Source of the DNA: Gemmatimonadales bacterium
Lineage (GTDB): Bacteria; Gemmatimonadota; Gemmatimonadetes; Gemmatimonadales; GWC2-71-9
Length of the DNA stretch: 64,000 bases
NCBI GenBank assembly: GCA_035644115.1
Contig: DASQPE010000099.1
Span: forward strand, 319-64,318
Reading direction: 5' to 3'
Positions 16,640 through 25,359 of the stretch are shown piece by piece. The notes beneath the pieces are model-generated. The model did no database searches. It was not told the DNA's origin and worked only from the letters and a program-made list of their open reading frames with translations. Both the position numbers and the translations under genes were made by a program. Positions within the stretch are counted from its first letter, which is position 1; every line of letters begins with the position of its first letter.

Positions 16640-17002
16640 ATGCTCGAGGTCATCATCAAGCGCTTCGAACAGCCGGACGAGGTTCGGGAGATGGAGAAGG
16701 GCCGCTTCGAGCTGGTGCAGGTCGGCGGCCTGACCATCGGGCGGGCGACCTACGAACCCGGTTGGCGCTGGTCGGAGCATGTGGGGCCCCTGGTCGGCGC
16801 GGATCGCTGCACCGTCGAGCACGTGGGCCTGGTCCTGGAAGGCACGGTGGCCGTGTCGTTCGACGACCGGGTCATTGCCCTCCGCGCGGGCGAGCTGTTT
16901 CACATCCCTGCCGTGCCGCATGACAGCTGGGTGGTCGGGCGCGAGCCATACGTCTCGCTCCATTTCATGGGCGCGGAGCGCTACGCGACCACGACCGCAT
17001 GA
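16640..17002 (+). CDS. cupin domain protein
   Basis: ATG 16640 is in frame with track ORF 16487..17002 and is preceded by GGGAGG. Cupin-like beta pattern (HVGLVLEGTVAV...AGELFHIP). Confidence 0.7.
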   Translation: MLEVIIKRFEQPDEVREMEKGRFELVQVGGLTIGRATYEPGWRWSEHVGPLVGADRCTVEHVGLVLEGTVAVSFDDRVIALRAGELFHIPAVPHDSWVVGREPYVSLHFMGAERYATTTA

Positions 17003-17661
17003 GCTGTCTGATCTTCGACCTCGACGGCACCCTGATCGATACGGTGTATGCCCACGTCTTTGCCTGGCAGCAGGCGCTGTCGGAGGCCGGGCTCGCCATC
17101 GACGGCTGGCGGATTCACCGGCGCATCGGGATGAGCGGCGGCCTCTTTACCCGCGCCGTGGCCCGCGAGCTCGGACGGAGCCTCACCCCGGACGAGGCCG
17201 AAGCCCTGCAGCGGCGACATGGCGAGCTGTTCCGGGAGCTGCTGCCGGTGCGCCGCCCGCTGCCCGGGGCCAAGGAGCTGCTCCAGGATCTGCGCGAGCG
17301 CCACATCACCCACGGCATCGCCACGTCGGGCCGTCGCCCCGAGATCGACGCCTCCCTCGCCGCCCTCGGCGTGACCGCCGACACCGTCGTGGTCGATCGG
17401 GGGGATGTGTTGCGTGCAAAGCCCGCCCCGGACCTGTTCCTGGAGTGTCAACACCGGCTCGGCGGCGCGCCGGGCGACTGCTACGTGGTAGGTGACGCGG
17501 TGTGGGATCTCCTCGCCGCGCGCAGAGCCGGCATGCTCAGCGTCGGGCTGCTCAGCGGCGGCTATGGCGAGGACGAGCTGGTGCGGGCTGGCGCGTTCCG
17601 GGTGTACCAGGACCCGGCCGACCTTCGCGCGTCCCTCGACGAATTAGGCGTCCTTCCGTGA
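16999..17661 (+). CDS. HAD-superfamily hydrolase (phosphoglycolate-phosphatase-like)
   Basis: Track ORF with an ATGA overlap. HAD motif I FDLDGTLIDT, plus a later VVGDAVWD motif. Confidence 0.85.
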   Translation: MSCLIFDLDGTLIDTVYAHVFAWQQALSEAGLAIDGWRIHRRIGMSGGLFTRAVARELGRSLTPDEAEALQRRHGELFRELLPVRRPLPGAKELLQDLRERHITHGIATSGRRPEIDASLAALGVTADTVVVDRGDVLRAKPAPDLFLECQHRLGGAPGDCYVVGDAVWDLLAARRAGMLSVGLLSGGYGEDELVRAGAFRVYQDPADLRASLDELGVLP

Positions 17662-17764
17662 CCAACCGGAGAGCGTCCGACGCCCACCCTGGACGCGCCA
17701 GCCGGCCGGTCCTACGTTCTGAACCGGGGGCCTCACTTTTGATTTCGGCCAGGAGGCGGTTCAC

Positions 17765-17929
17765 ATGCCCGTATACCAATATCATTGCCGCAGCTGCGGT
17801 CACGATTTCCAGCACAGCGAGCCCATTCGCGAACATGGTCACAGCCGCACCCGGTGTACCAAGTGTAAGAGCACGCAGGTGGAGCAGGTGCTGAGCCGGT
17901 TTTTCGCGAAGACGGCGCGCAAGGCCTGA
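17765..17929 (+). CDS. FmdB-family zinc-ribbon protein (54 aa)
   Basis: Below the track cut-off. AGGAGG upstream. MPVYQYHCRSCGHDF...CTKCKS is the CxxC...CxxC FmdB signature. Confidence 0.75.
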   Translation: MPVYQYHCRSCGHDFQHSEPIREHGHSRTRCTKCKSTQVEQVLSRFFAKTARKA

Positions 17930-17932
17930 CCT

Positions 17933-18136
17933 ATGCACATGACCCTCACGGATCATGAGACCGACGTCCTGCGGGATCTGCTGCACGACTACCTGCCCGA
18001 TCTCAGGCGGGAGGTCGCGCGCACCGATCAGCACGAGATGCGGCACCTGTACGAGGAGCGGCAGGATCTGGTGGAGCGGCTGATCGAAAAACTCGAGCCG
18101 GCCGCCCCGCAAGACAGCCGACCGGCTACCCGGTAA
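17933..18136 (+). CDS. hypothetical helical protein (67 aa)
   Basis: Track ORF 3 nt after the FmdB-like stop. Charged, helical composition. Confidence 0.45.
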   Translation: MHMTLTDHETDVLRDLLHDYLPDLRREVARTDQHEMRHLYEERQDLVERLIEKLEPAAPQDSRPATR

Positions 18137-18206
18137 CCTCGATCACTGTCACGAGGTTGGCCCGGTTCGCACCTTGGGAACGAATGGCCCAGCCCAAGGA
18201 GGCGTT

Positions 18207-18455
18207 ATGGCCAAGAAGCGCGCGTCCAAGCGCGGCTCGAAGCGGAAATACAGCCCAGCCGCCGGCAAGAGCGTGGCGAGTGCGGTCCGGCGGCAGAAAA
18301 AAGGGACGCTCCGAAGCGGAAGGCGCGGCCGCGCCGGCCGGGTGAAGAGCCGGAAGCAAGCCATCGCGATAGGCCTGTCGGAAGCCAGGAAGAAGGGGGC
18401 CAAGGTCCCGGCCCGGCGCAAAAAGTCGAGCTCCCGAAAGCGCTCGCCGAGCTGA
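18207..18455 (+). CDS. small Lys/Arg-rich protein (DUF6496-like)
   Basis: ATG 18207 is preceded by AAGGAGG. SRKQAIAIGLSEARKKGAKVP matches a small conserved basic-protein family as I recall it. Confidence 0.6.
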   Translation: MAKKRASKRGSKRKYSPAAGKSVASAVRRQKKGTLRSGRRGRAGRVKSRKQAIAIGLSEARKKGAKVPARRKKSSSRKRSPS

Positions 18456-18504
18456 CCGTCCGCTCGGAACGCCGGAACGGGGGCCTCGAACTGCGGGGGG
18501 TGAG

Positions 18505-18900
18505 ATGGTCAGCACGTATGGGTTGACTCATATCGCTCTCGCAGTGCGAGACGCCGAGCGGGCGTTCCAGTTTTACCAGCGCGTGTTCGGCGCCGTCGCC
18601 GTGTACCGCCAGCCCGGATTCATTCAAGCGCAGACGCCGGGCAGCCGGGACGTGCTGGTGTTCGAGGAAAAGAGCTCGCTCGCGTCCGGGACGGGGGGAA
18701 TCGCGCACTTCGGCTTTCGGCTGATCGACCCCGCCGACATAGGTAGCGCCGTGACGGCCGTGGAGCAGGCCGGCGGCAAGATCGTCGATCAGGGCGAGTT
18801 CTGCCCCGGCGAGCCGTACTTGTTCTTCACCGATCCCGACGGCTACCAGGTCGAGATCTGGCATGAGTTGGCCACGCCGGTCGACCCCGCGCCGGCGTGA
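18505..18900 (+). CDS. VOC (glyoxalase) family protein
   Basis: Track ORF. LTHIALAVRDAERAFQFYQRVFG...IAHFGFRL...FFTDPDGYQVEIW. Confidence 0.85.
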   Translation: MVSTYGLTHIALAVRDAERAFQFYQRVFGAVAVYRQPGFIQAQTPGSRDVLVFEEKSSLASGTGGIAHFGFRLIDPADIGSAVTAVEQAGGKIVDQGEFCPGEPYLFFTDPDGYQVEIWHELATPVDPAPA

Positions 18901-19427
18901 CCCGTTCACTGGTACCGGCCATGGGCTCGTGGTGTACGGTCCCGCTCGTCTGCCTTGTCGCGCTCGCCGGGCTGAGCGGCGCCGCGCGCCTCGACGCCCA
19001 GACAGTCATCCGCGACAGCGCCCCACCAATCCGAAGCGACAGCGGCGCGCGGGCCCGAACCGACACCGCCGCCAGGGCGGGAGGCACTGACAGCGCGGCC
19101 AAGCCTGCCCCGGCCCCGGCTCCGGCTCCGTCGCCGCCGGCGAGCCCACTCCCCAAGGGCGCGTGCTCCGAGGCCGACGCGGGCGGCCCCGCGACCGACC
19201 TGTTGCTGGTCACATTCCGCTCCCGCTCCGCTCCAGCCGAGCGCGAAGCCGCGCTCAAGACGGTGAAGGGAACGCTGGTCACACCCGACCCCTCTGACGC
19301 CGCAGCGTGGTTCGTCCGAGTGCCAAGCGACGGAAACGAGTTCGTCCTCCGCGGCATCGCCGACCGCCTGATTCGCGCACCGGTCGTGAAGGAAGTCGGG
19401 CCGGTGCAATGCCCGGCTCGACCGTGA
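18897..19427 (+). CDS. secreted hypothetical protein with Pro/Ala linker
   Basis: Track ORF with a GTGA overlap. Signal-like CTVPLVCLVALAGLSGAARLDAQ and a PAPAPAPAPSPP linker. Confidence 0.5.
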   Translation: MTRSLVPAMGSWCTVPLVCLVALAGLSGAARLDAQTVIRDSAPPIRSDSGARARTDTAARAGGTDSAAKPAPAPAPAPSPPASPLPKGACSEADAGGPATDLLLVTFRSRSAPAEREAALKTVKGTLVTPDPSDAAAWFVRVPSDGNEFVLRGIADRLIRAPVVKEVGPVQCPARP

Positions 19428-20086
19428 CCCGCACGCTCGAGCTCGCGTCCGCCGCCGCCGAGCGTACCACTGCCGCGACCGATGCCCTGCTGGCACTTAC
19501 CGTGTCGGGCGGGCTGATCCAGCTTCGGCGCGCGACACCCGCAAGCTGGCGCCGGACCGTCTGGATGGCGGCGCTCGCGACCTTCGCGGCGTCGGCCCTG
19601 CTCGGCACCGTGGTGCACGGCATCGCCTTCCCACCCCAGGTCAGCGATGCCCTCTGGCAGCCGCTCTATCTCCTGCTCGGCGTCGCGGTCGCCCTGTTCG
19701 CTACCGGTGCGCTGGCCGACTGGCGAGGCGAGCGGGCTGGCCGCGCCAGTCTCCCTGCCCTGATTGCGTTGGCAGGCGGCTTCTATTTCGCCGCCCGGTT
19801 GAGCGGCGGAGACTTCCGCGTGTTCCTCCTGTTCGAGGCGGCCGCGCTACTCTTCGCGCTGTGCGTCTACGGACGGCTCGCCCGGCTGGAACGACCCGGG
19901 GCCGGGACCATGGCCGTGGCGCTCGCGGTGAGCCTGGCGGCTGGAGCAGTTCAGGCGGCCGAGGGGCTCTCGATCCAGGTGATCTGGGTTTTCGACCACA
20001 ACGGCTTGTTCCATCTGGTGCAGCTCGCGGGGGTGGTCCTGCTGGTTCGCGGGCTCATGCTGAGCTTGCAACCGGTCCGCACCTGA
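19409..20086 (+). CDS. hypothetical polytopic membrane protein
   Basis: ATG 19409 is in frame with track ORF 19307..20086. Six or seven hydrophobic segments. Confidence 0.55.
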   Translation: MPGSTVTRTLELASAAAERTTAATDALLALTVSGGLIQLRRATPASWRRTVWMAALATFAASALLGTVVHGIAFPPQVSDALWQPLYLLLGVAVALFATGALADWRGERAGRASLPALIALAGGFYFAARLSGGDFRVFLLFEAAALLFALCVYGRLARLERPGAGTMAVALAVSLAAGAVQAAEGLSIQVIWVFDHNGLFHLVQLAGVVLLVRGLMLSLQPVRT

Positions 20087-20126
20087 AGGTTGCAGCGACG
20101 GTGGGTCCGGCCGACTCTGGGGCGGA

Positions 20127-20582
20127 ATGACGCCACTCATCCAGGTACCGGCGGACACCGGCGTAAGCGCCGTAGCGCACGTCATCCAGTTGTCCGTCGC
20201 GCCCGTGTTCCTGCTCTCGGGCGTGGGTACGATACTCGTCGTCCTGACCAATCGGCTGGCCCGCATCGTGGATCGCACCCGGGTTCTCGAGCACGCGGTC
20301 GCGGACCCGGCGAACCCGGACTCAACGGTCGAGCAGAACCTCGAGCGGCTGCATCAGCGGGCCCACCTGATCAACTGGGCGCTGACCCTCGCCACGTTCT
20401 GCGCGCTGCTCATCTGCGGAGTCATCGGCGCGCTGTTCGTGGGTGCGTTTCTGCGAGTCAATGTCGCCCGGGTGGTCGCGATCGCGTTCGTGATCGCGAT
20501 GGCGGCGCTGGTCGGCGCGCTGCTCAACTTCCTGCGCGAGATCTTTCTGGCCACCAGCGGGCTCCGCCGGGCGCGCCTGTGA
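20127..20582 (+). CDS. DUF2721 membrane protein
   Basis: Track ORF. VIQLSVAPVFLLSGVGTILVVLTNRLARIVDRTR is the DUF2721 signature. Confidence 0.7.
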   Translation: MTPLIQVPADTGVSAVAHVIQLSVAPVFLLSGVGTILVVLTNRLARIVDRTRVLEHAVADPANPDSTVEQNLERLHQRAHLINWALTLATFCALLICGVIGALFVGAFLRVNVARVVAIAFVIAMAALVGALLNFLREIFLATSGLRRARL

Positions 20583-21085
20583 TCCGCGCCGGCCGATCGG
20601 ACGACCTGCCCGCCCTGCTGGCTCTAGCCGGTCGCCTCGCGGAATTTGCCATTCCACCCTGGCGTACCGGAGCGCAGGTGATCGAGGCCGAGCGCCGCAC
20701 GCTTGCCCGCGCCCTGCAGGCCGCCTCTCCTCACGCTCCGGTGTTCGTCGCGGAAGACGGTGCGGGCCTCCCGCTCGGCTTTATGTACCTGGAAACGATG
20801 GTCGATTATTTCACCGGCCGCCCCCATGCGCACGTCTCGATCCTGGTGGTCGCGGCGGCGGCCGAGGGTCGCGGCGTCGGTCGAGCGTTGCTGGGGGCCG
20901 CGGACGACTGGGCCCGGGAGCGCGGCCATCCATTCGTCACGCTCAACGTCTTCGCCCAGAACGCCCGGGCCCGGGCCGTGTACGAACGGCTGGGTTACGG
21001 CGCTGAGACGCTGCGCTACGTCAAGCCGCTGGACCCGCGATCGGGTCCTCCACCAGCTGGAACGGATCGATCGGGGGCCTCGTAG
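20579..21085 (+). CDS. GNAT family N-acetyltransferase
   Basis: GTG 20579 (GTGA overlap) is in frame with track ORF 20090..21085. Acetyl-CoA motif AAEGRGVGRALLGAADDWARERG...ARAVYERLGY. Confidence 0.85.
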   Translation: MIRAGRSDDLPALLALAGRLAEFAIPPWRTGAQVIEAERRTLARALQAASPHAPVFVAEDGAGLPLGFMYLETMVDYFTGRPHAHVSILVVAAAAEGRGVGRALLGAADDWARERGHPFVTLNVFAQNARARAVYERLGYGAETLRYVKPLDPRSGPPPAGTDRSGAS

Positions 21086-21090
21086 AGAGC

Positions 21091-21618
21091 ATGATGCCTT
21101 TTGCCCTGAAGGACGCGATTCCCGTTCTCCGCCGGACCCCGGGAGCGCTCCGCGCCCTGCTGGCCGACCTGCCGGAATCCTGGCTGTACGGCGCCGAAGG
21201 GCCCGACACCTGGAGCCCCTTCGACGTGCTGGGACATCTAATCGACGGCGAGGAGACCGACTGGATCCCGCGGTCCCGGATCATTCTTGCAGGAGGGCCC
21301 AACCCGGCGTTCGAGCCGTTCGATCGATTCCGCCACTTCCGGCTCAACCGGGGCAAGCCGTTGATCGACCTGCTCGACCGGTTCGCTCGGCTCCGCGGGG
21401 AGAATGTGGCGACGTTGGAGGGATTCCGGCTCAGCGACGCCGACCTTGCGCGCGAGGGGCTTCACCCCGAGCTCGGCCGGGTGACGTTGCGCCAGCTGCT
21501 CGCGACCTGGGTGGCGCACGACCTGGGGCACGTGGCCCAGGTCGCGCGGGTGATGGCCAAGCAGTATGCGGAAGAGGTGGGACCCTGGCGCGCGTACCTG
21601 CCGGTACTGACGCGCTGA
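21091..21618 (+). CDS. DinB family protein
   Basis: Track ORF. DVLGHLIDGE...ATWVAHDLGHVAQV carries the DinB_2 His triad. Confidence 0.8.
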   Translation: MMPFALKDAIPVLRRTPGALRALLADLPESWLYGAEGPDTWSPFDVLGHLIDGEETDWIPRSRIILAGGPNPAFEPFDRFRHFRLNRGKPLIDLLDRFARLRGENVATLEGFRLSDADLAREGLHPELGRVTLRQLLATWVAHDLGHVAQVARVMAKQYAEEVGPWRAYLPVLTR

Positions 21619-21636
21619 CGGCAGTGCGGTGGGGCG

Positions 21637-22374
21637 CTAGCGCCGGAGCTTTCTCAGGAGCCTGAGCATCTCCAGGTACAACCAGACCAGCGTCACGACC
21701 AGCCCGAACGCCGCGTACCACTCCATGTAAGCCGGCGCACGCCCCGCGCCCTGCTCGATCAGGTCGAAATCGAGAATCAGGTTGAACGCGGCGAGCCCGG
21801 TGACGAAGAGGCTGAAGCCGATCCCGATCGGTCCGCCCTCGTGGAGAAACGGGATGTAGAGGCCGAACATCGCCATCACCAGCGCGATCGCATAAAATGC
21901 CGCGATGGCAAAGGTGCAGGAGATGACGACGGTCTTGAACCGTTCCGTCGCGCGGATGACGCCGACCCGGTAGGCCACCAGCATCACGCCGAGGGTCGCC
22001 ACCGTGAGCATCACCGCCTGCATCGGCAGGCCGCGATACCGGAGATTGAGCATCGCCGAGAGCGCGCCCAGCAACAGGCCTTCGAGAGCGGCATAGATCG
22101 GCGCGGTGACCGGGGCGTGCTGAGGGCGAAAGACCGTGTAAAGTGCCACACCGAAGCCGCCCACGATCCCGACCAGAAACAGGGTGCCGAGCTTGTCGGG
22201 CTCGGCCAGGCCGGCGCCCGTCTGCAACCAGGCGAACGTAGCGGTGACCGTCAGAATCCCCAGCAACACCAATGTCTTGCCGATCGTCCCGCTCACCGTC
22301 ATCGGGGCTGCGCCGGTCTCGGCCACCGTCGCGAAGTTCGCGCGGGAGAGGACCGGATTCGACGTCGTGGCCAT
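21637..22374 (-). CDS. Bax inhibitor-1/YccA family membrane protein
   Basis: ATG 22374 is preceded by AAGGAG and is in frame with track ORF 21637..22440. Seven TM segments, and a family-typical N-terminus MATTSNPVLSR. Confidence 0.85.
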   Translation of the reverse strand: MATTSNPVLSRANFATVAETGAAPMTVSGTIGKTLVLLGILTVTATFAWLQTGAGLAEPDKLGTLFLVGIVGGFGVALYTVFRPQHAPVTAPIYAALEGLLLGALSAMLNLRYRGLPMQAVMLTVATLGVMLVAYRVGVIRATERFKTVVISCTFAIAAFYAIALVMAMFGLYIPFLHEGGPIGIGFSLFVTGLAAFNLILDFDLIEQGAGRAPAYMEWYAAFGLVVTLVWLYLEMLRLLRKLRR

Positions 22375-22500
22375 CGAGGCTCCTTGCTGGTCTGGAAGGC
22401 GGCGGCCGGGGAAGCTGCAGAAACGATGCCCGCGCGTCAACGGTTGCGCGGGATCGCCGCCGGTGCAAAGCGTTGCAGAGCCTGGATCGCGGACGGCGAG

Positions 22501-23265
22501 CTAGTCGGCGATGCTGCGTATCGCCACGGCCGGGACGATGATGCCGTCCTCGGCGGCCAGCGCGAGAAGCTCGCGACGGACGCTTGCGGCGGTGGCGAGC
22601 ACCCGCGCAGGATACCGCGCGCAGCGCGGCGTCACGGTCCCGCGGACGCAGCCATTATAGCGGCGCAGCGCGACTCGCAGCGACGGGCTTCGCACCACGT
22701 AGAGGCGCAGGAGCCGCGCGCCGTGGCAGATATTGGTATCGAGCTCCCTGAGCTCCGTATGGGCGCAGCCGTAGCTGCCGGCGTGGATCGGCATGACCTG
22801 CATCAGCCCCACGGCCCCCTGGCTGCTCACCGCGGCGGTATCCAGCGCGCGGTTCTCGATCAGGAGCACTGCCGCGAGCAGGCTGGGGCTCAGGTTGAGC
22901 CGCCGGCTCTCCCGAATCACCGCGATAGCGGCCCGCTCCGCCACCTCCGGCCGTCGGGTCCGCCGCGCCAGCACTGCCGCGAGCGGCCGGTGGCCCAGGC
23001 GAGTCGTGACCGCGCGCTCGAGCAGCGTGCTGTCCGCCCAGCGAATCCGGGGGCGCGGCGCCGGCCGAGGGCGCGGTGTGGCCTTCACCACCGCGACAGA
23101 GGAGTCCGCGGGAGTCGCAGCCTCAGCGGGCGCCGGCCCAAGCCTGGGCTCGACGCCCGGCGAGCGGTCGGCCGCGGGTCCGCCCGACGAGCAGGCGGAT
23201 GCGGCGAGCACCAGCACCACGGCATACGGATTGAGCGTCCGGCTGTACCTCAGTCGGTCGGCCAC
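22501..23265 (-). CDS. lytic transglycosylase (SLT domain) lipoprotein
   Basis: Track ORF with lipobox LAASAC. SLT core LLIENRALDTAAVSSQGAVGLMQVMP...ALRRYNG. Confidence 0.8.
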   Translation of the reverse strand: MADRLRYSRTLNPYAVVLVLAASACSSGGPAADRSPGVEPRLGPAPAEAATPADSSVAVVKATPRPRPAPRPRIRWADSTLLERAVTTRLGHRPLAAVLARRTRRPEVAERAAIAVIRESRRLNLSPSLLAAVLLIENRALDTAAVSSQGAVGLMQVMPIHAGSYGCAHTELRELDTNICHGARLLRLYVVRSPSLRVALRRYNGCVRGTVTPRCARYPARVLATAASVRRELLALAAEDGIIVPAVAIRSIAD

Positions 23266-23582
23266 GAGTCCTCCCTGTGCGAGCGAGTCGCCCTGTTCGA
23301 GCGTGCCGCGCAGTATCGGGACCGGCCCGAGGCTGTCTCAAGTGTTCCGAAACTGGTGGTGAGCGAAAACCGGACGAATGCGCCGGTCCGAGCGAGGTGG
23401 GCGTCGCCTGCAAGTCGGGCCCGGGAAAGTGGTCGCGCGCCCCGGCGGGCCCATACTGCAACTCTTGGCGCGGCCGGTGAGCCGGCCGCATTGTTACATT
23501 CCCTCGGCCCCGACCCCACCGGCCGTGCTACGGTCCCGGTGCGGCTTCCGGCCTCCAGTCTCTCTTCTCGCGAGGGTCCCCG

Positions 23583-24056
23583 ATGCGCCTCGGTCGCTGG
23601 CTAACCCCTGCTCTGGCCCTTCTGTCTGCCGCGGCCCCAGCCGGCGCGCAGGATCCGCCCCCAGATCGGGCCGCGGTGCTCGCGGTGGTACAGCGCCTGT
23701 TCGACGGCATGCGCGCCGGGGACAGCGGGGCCGTGCGCGCGACGTTTCACCCCCAGGCGTTGCTCGCCACGACCGTGAGCCGGGACGGCGCCGCGACCGT
23801 CCGGATCGACACCGTTGACGCGTTCGTACGCGCGGTCGGCACGCCCCACCCCGAGATGTGGGATGAGCGGGTCGGGAAGACCCGGGTGGAGCTGGACGGT
23901 CCCCTGGCGTCGGTGTGGGCCGAGTATTCCTTTTATGCCGGGGCCAAGTTCAGCCACTGCGGTATCGATGCGTTTCAGATTGCGCGCGACGGTAATGCGT
24001 GGCGCATCGTCGCCCTCATGGATACCCGTCGCCGCGACGGGTGCCCCGACCGGTAG
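23583..24056 (+). CDS. secreted NTF2-like (DUF4440-like) protein
   Basis: Track ORF with signal peptide LALLSAAAPAGAQ. NTF2-like pattern (VLAVVQRLFDGMRAGD...FQIARDGNAWRIV). Confidence 0.7.
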   Translation: MRLGRWLTPALALLSAAAPAGAQDPPPDRAAVLAVVQRLFDGMRAGDSGAVRATFHPQALLATTVSRDGAATVRIDTVDAFVRAVGTPHPEMWDERVGKTRVELDGPLASVWAEYSFYAGAKFSHCGIDAFQIARDGNAWRIVALMDTRRRDGCPDR

Positions 24057-24063
24057 CCGATCG

Positions 24064-24363
24064 ATGTACCGGATCGTCTGGCAGTTCGACGTCGAGCCGG
24101 CTCGGGTCGCGGAGTTCGAGCGGGAGTACGGAGTGGAGGGAGGCTGGGTCCGTTTCTTTCGTGGCGGCGAAGGCTATCTCGGAACCGACCTGTTCCGAAG
24201 CCATCACGAGCCGATGCGCTATCTCACCGTGGACCGCTGGACCTCGCGTGCCGCGTACGACGCGTTTCGCGCGGCTCGTCGGCAGGAATACGCCGCGCTG
24301 GACACCCAATGCGCCGCGTTCACCCGAGCGGAGCAGCTCGTCGCTCAGGGAGAGGAGCCGTGA
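24064..24363 (+). CDS. antibiotic-biosynthesis-monooxygenase (ABM)-like protein
   Basis: ATG 24064 is in frame with track ORF 23815..24363. Ferredoxin-like ABM pattern (YRIVWQFDV...RYLTVDRWTSRAAYDAF). Confidence 0.65.
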   Translation: MYRIVWQFDVEPARVAEFEREYGVEGGWVRFFRGGEGYLGTDLFRSHHEPMRYLTVDRWTSRAAYDAFRAARRQEYAALDTQCAAFTRAEQLVAQGEEP

Positions 24364-24364
24364 G

Positions 24365-24889
24365 GTGAGCGCCTGGACTCCAAAAGCAAAGGCGTTCTGG
24401 TCGCTGCTCGCGGTGCTGGTACTCGCCGATTGCAGTACCAAGCGCCTCGCAGTGGCCCACCTGTCGCCGCCCTACATCCCGCACGAAGTCGTGGGGGACT
24501 GGTTCCGCTTCACGCTGGCGTACAACCCCGGCGCGGCGATGGGCCTCTTTCTGGGCGCCTACTCGCGGGTGGGCCTGGCCGTGGTGGCGGTCGTGGCGCT
24601 CGCGGTCCTGGGCACTCTCTATCGCCGCAGTCCTTCGGGCGACGGCTGGCGGGCGGCCGCCCTGGCGCTGGTCGCCGGCGGCGCGGTCGGCAATCTGCTC
24701 GACCGGCTTCGCTCGGCCCGAGGCGTCGTAGACTTCATCGACGTCGGCATCGGCGACGTCCGGTTCTGGACTTTCAACATGGCGGATCTCGGCATCACCT
24801 GCGGAGCCCTGCTCCTTGCGCTCCTGCTCGCCCAGCAGCAGCCGGGGGAGCAGCCGACGGTGACCGACGAACCGAAGGAGACCTCATGA
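24365..24889 (+). CDS. lspA: signal peptidase II (lipoprotein signal peptidase)
   Basis: GTG 24365 is in frame with track ORF 23999..24889. LspA motifs ADCSTK, FTLAYNPGAAMG, GNLLDRL, VVDFID and FNMAD. Confidence 0.85.
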   Translation: MSAWTPKAKAFWSLLAVLVLADCSTKRLAVAHLSPPYIPHEVVGDWFRFTLAYNPGAAMGLFLGAYSRVGLAVVAVVALAVLGTLYRRSPSGDGWRAAALALVAGGAVGNLLDRLRSARGVVDFIDVGIGDVRFWTFNMADLGITCGALLLALLLAQQQPGEQPTVTDEPKETS

Positions 24890-25347
24890 TCTCACGCCGC
24901 GAGTTTCTCGCGGGGACCGCCGGCCTGGCCGCGGTGAGTGCCGCTGCCCGGCCCCTCCTCGCCCTCTCGGCAGGCTCCGTCGTCACGGTCTACAAGACCG
25001 CCAGCTGTGAGTGTTGCGCGCACTGGGTCGAGCACTTGAAGCTCAATGGCTTCCGCCCCGAGACCCACGATCTGGATTCGGTCGATCCGATGAAGGATCG
25101 CTATGGCGTGCCGAAGCCGCTCCGTTCGTGTCACACGGCGCTGGTGGACGGCTACGTGATCGAGGGTCACGTTCCGGCCGACGATATTCAGAGCCTGCTC
25201 GAGGACCGGCCCAAGGTCGTCGGCCTCGCGGTGCCGGGCATGCCGGCGAGCGCGCCGGGGATGTATCAGCCCGGCGACGCGAAGGTCCCATACCAGGTGC
25301 TCGCGTTCCAGAAGTCCGGCGCCACCACCACCTACGCGAAGCACTAA
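24886..25347 (+). CDS. DUF411 (CopG-like) periplasmic metal-binding protein
   Basis: ATG 24886 (ATGA overlap with lspA). Tat-like signal SRREFLAG. Motifs CECCAHWVEHL, SCHTALVDGYVIEGHVP and PGMPASAPGM. Confidence 0.8.
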   Translation: MISRREFLAGTAGLAAVSAAARPLLALSAGSVVTVYKTASCECCAHWVEHLKLNGFRPETHDLDSVDPMKDRYGVPKPLRSCHTALVDGYVIEGHVPADDIQSLLEDRPKVVGLAVPGMPASAPGMYQPGDAKVPYQVLAFQKSGATTTYAKH

Positions 25348-25359
25348 ACCCTCGAAGCG

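Noticed and set aside
21841-23604. 587-aa plus-strand ORF, and similar ORFs at 25043..26056, 41441..43174, 45340..46971 and 56092..57519
   Set aside because: Same reasoning. They overlap the BI-1/SLT, hrpB, CPA2, NodT and MltD-like genes on the opposite strand or in another frame, and they have no recognisable motifs.
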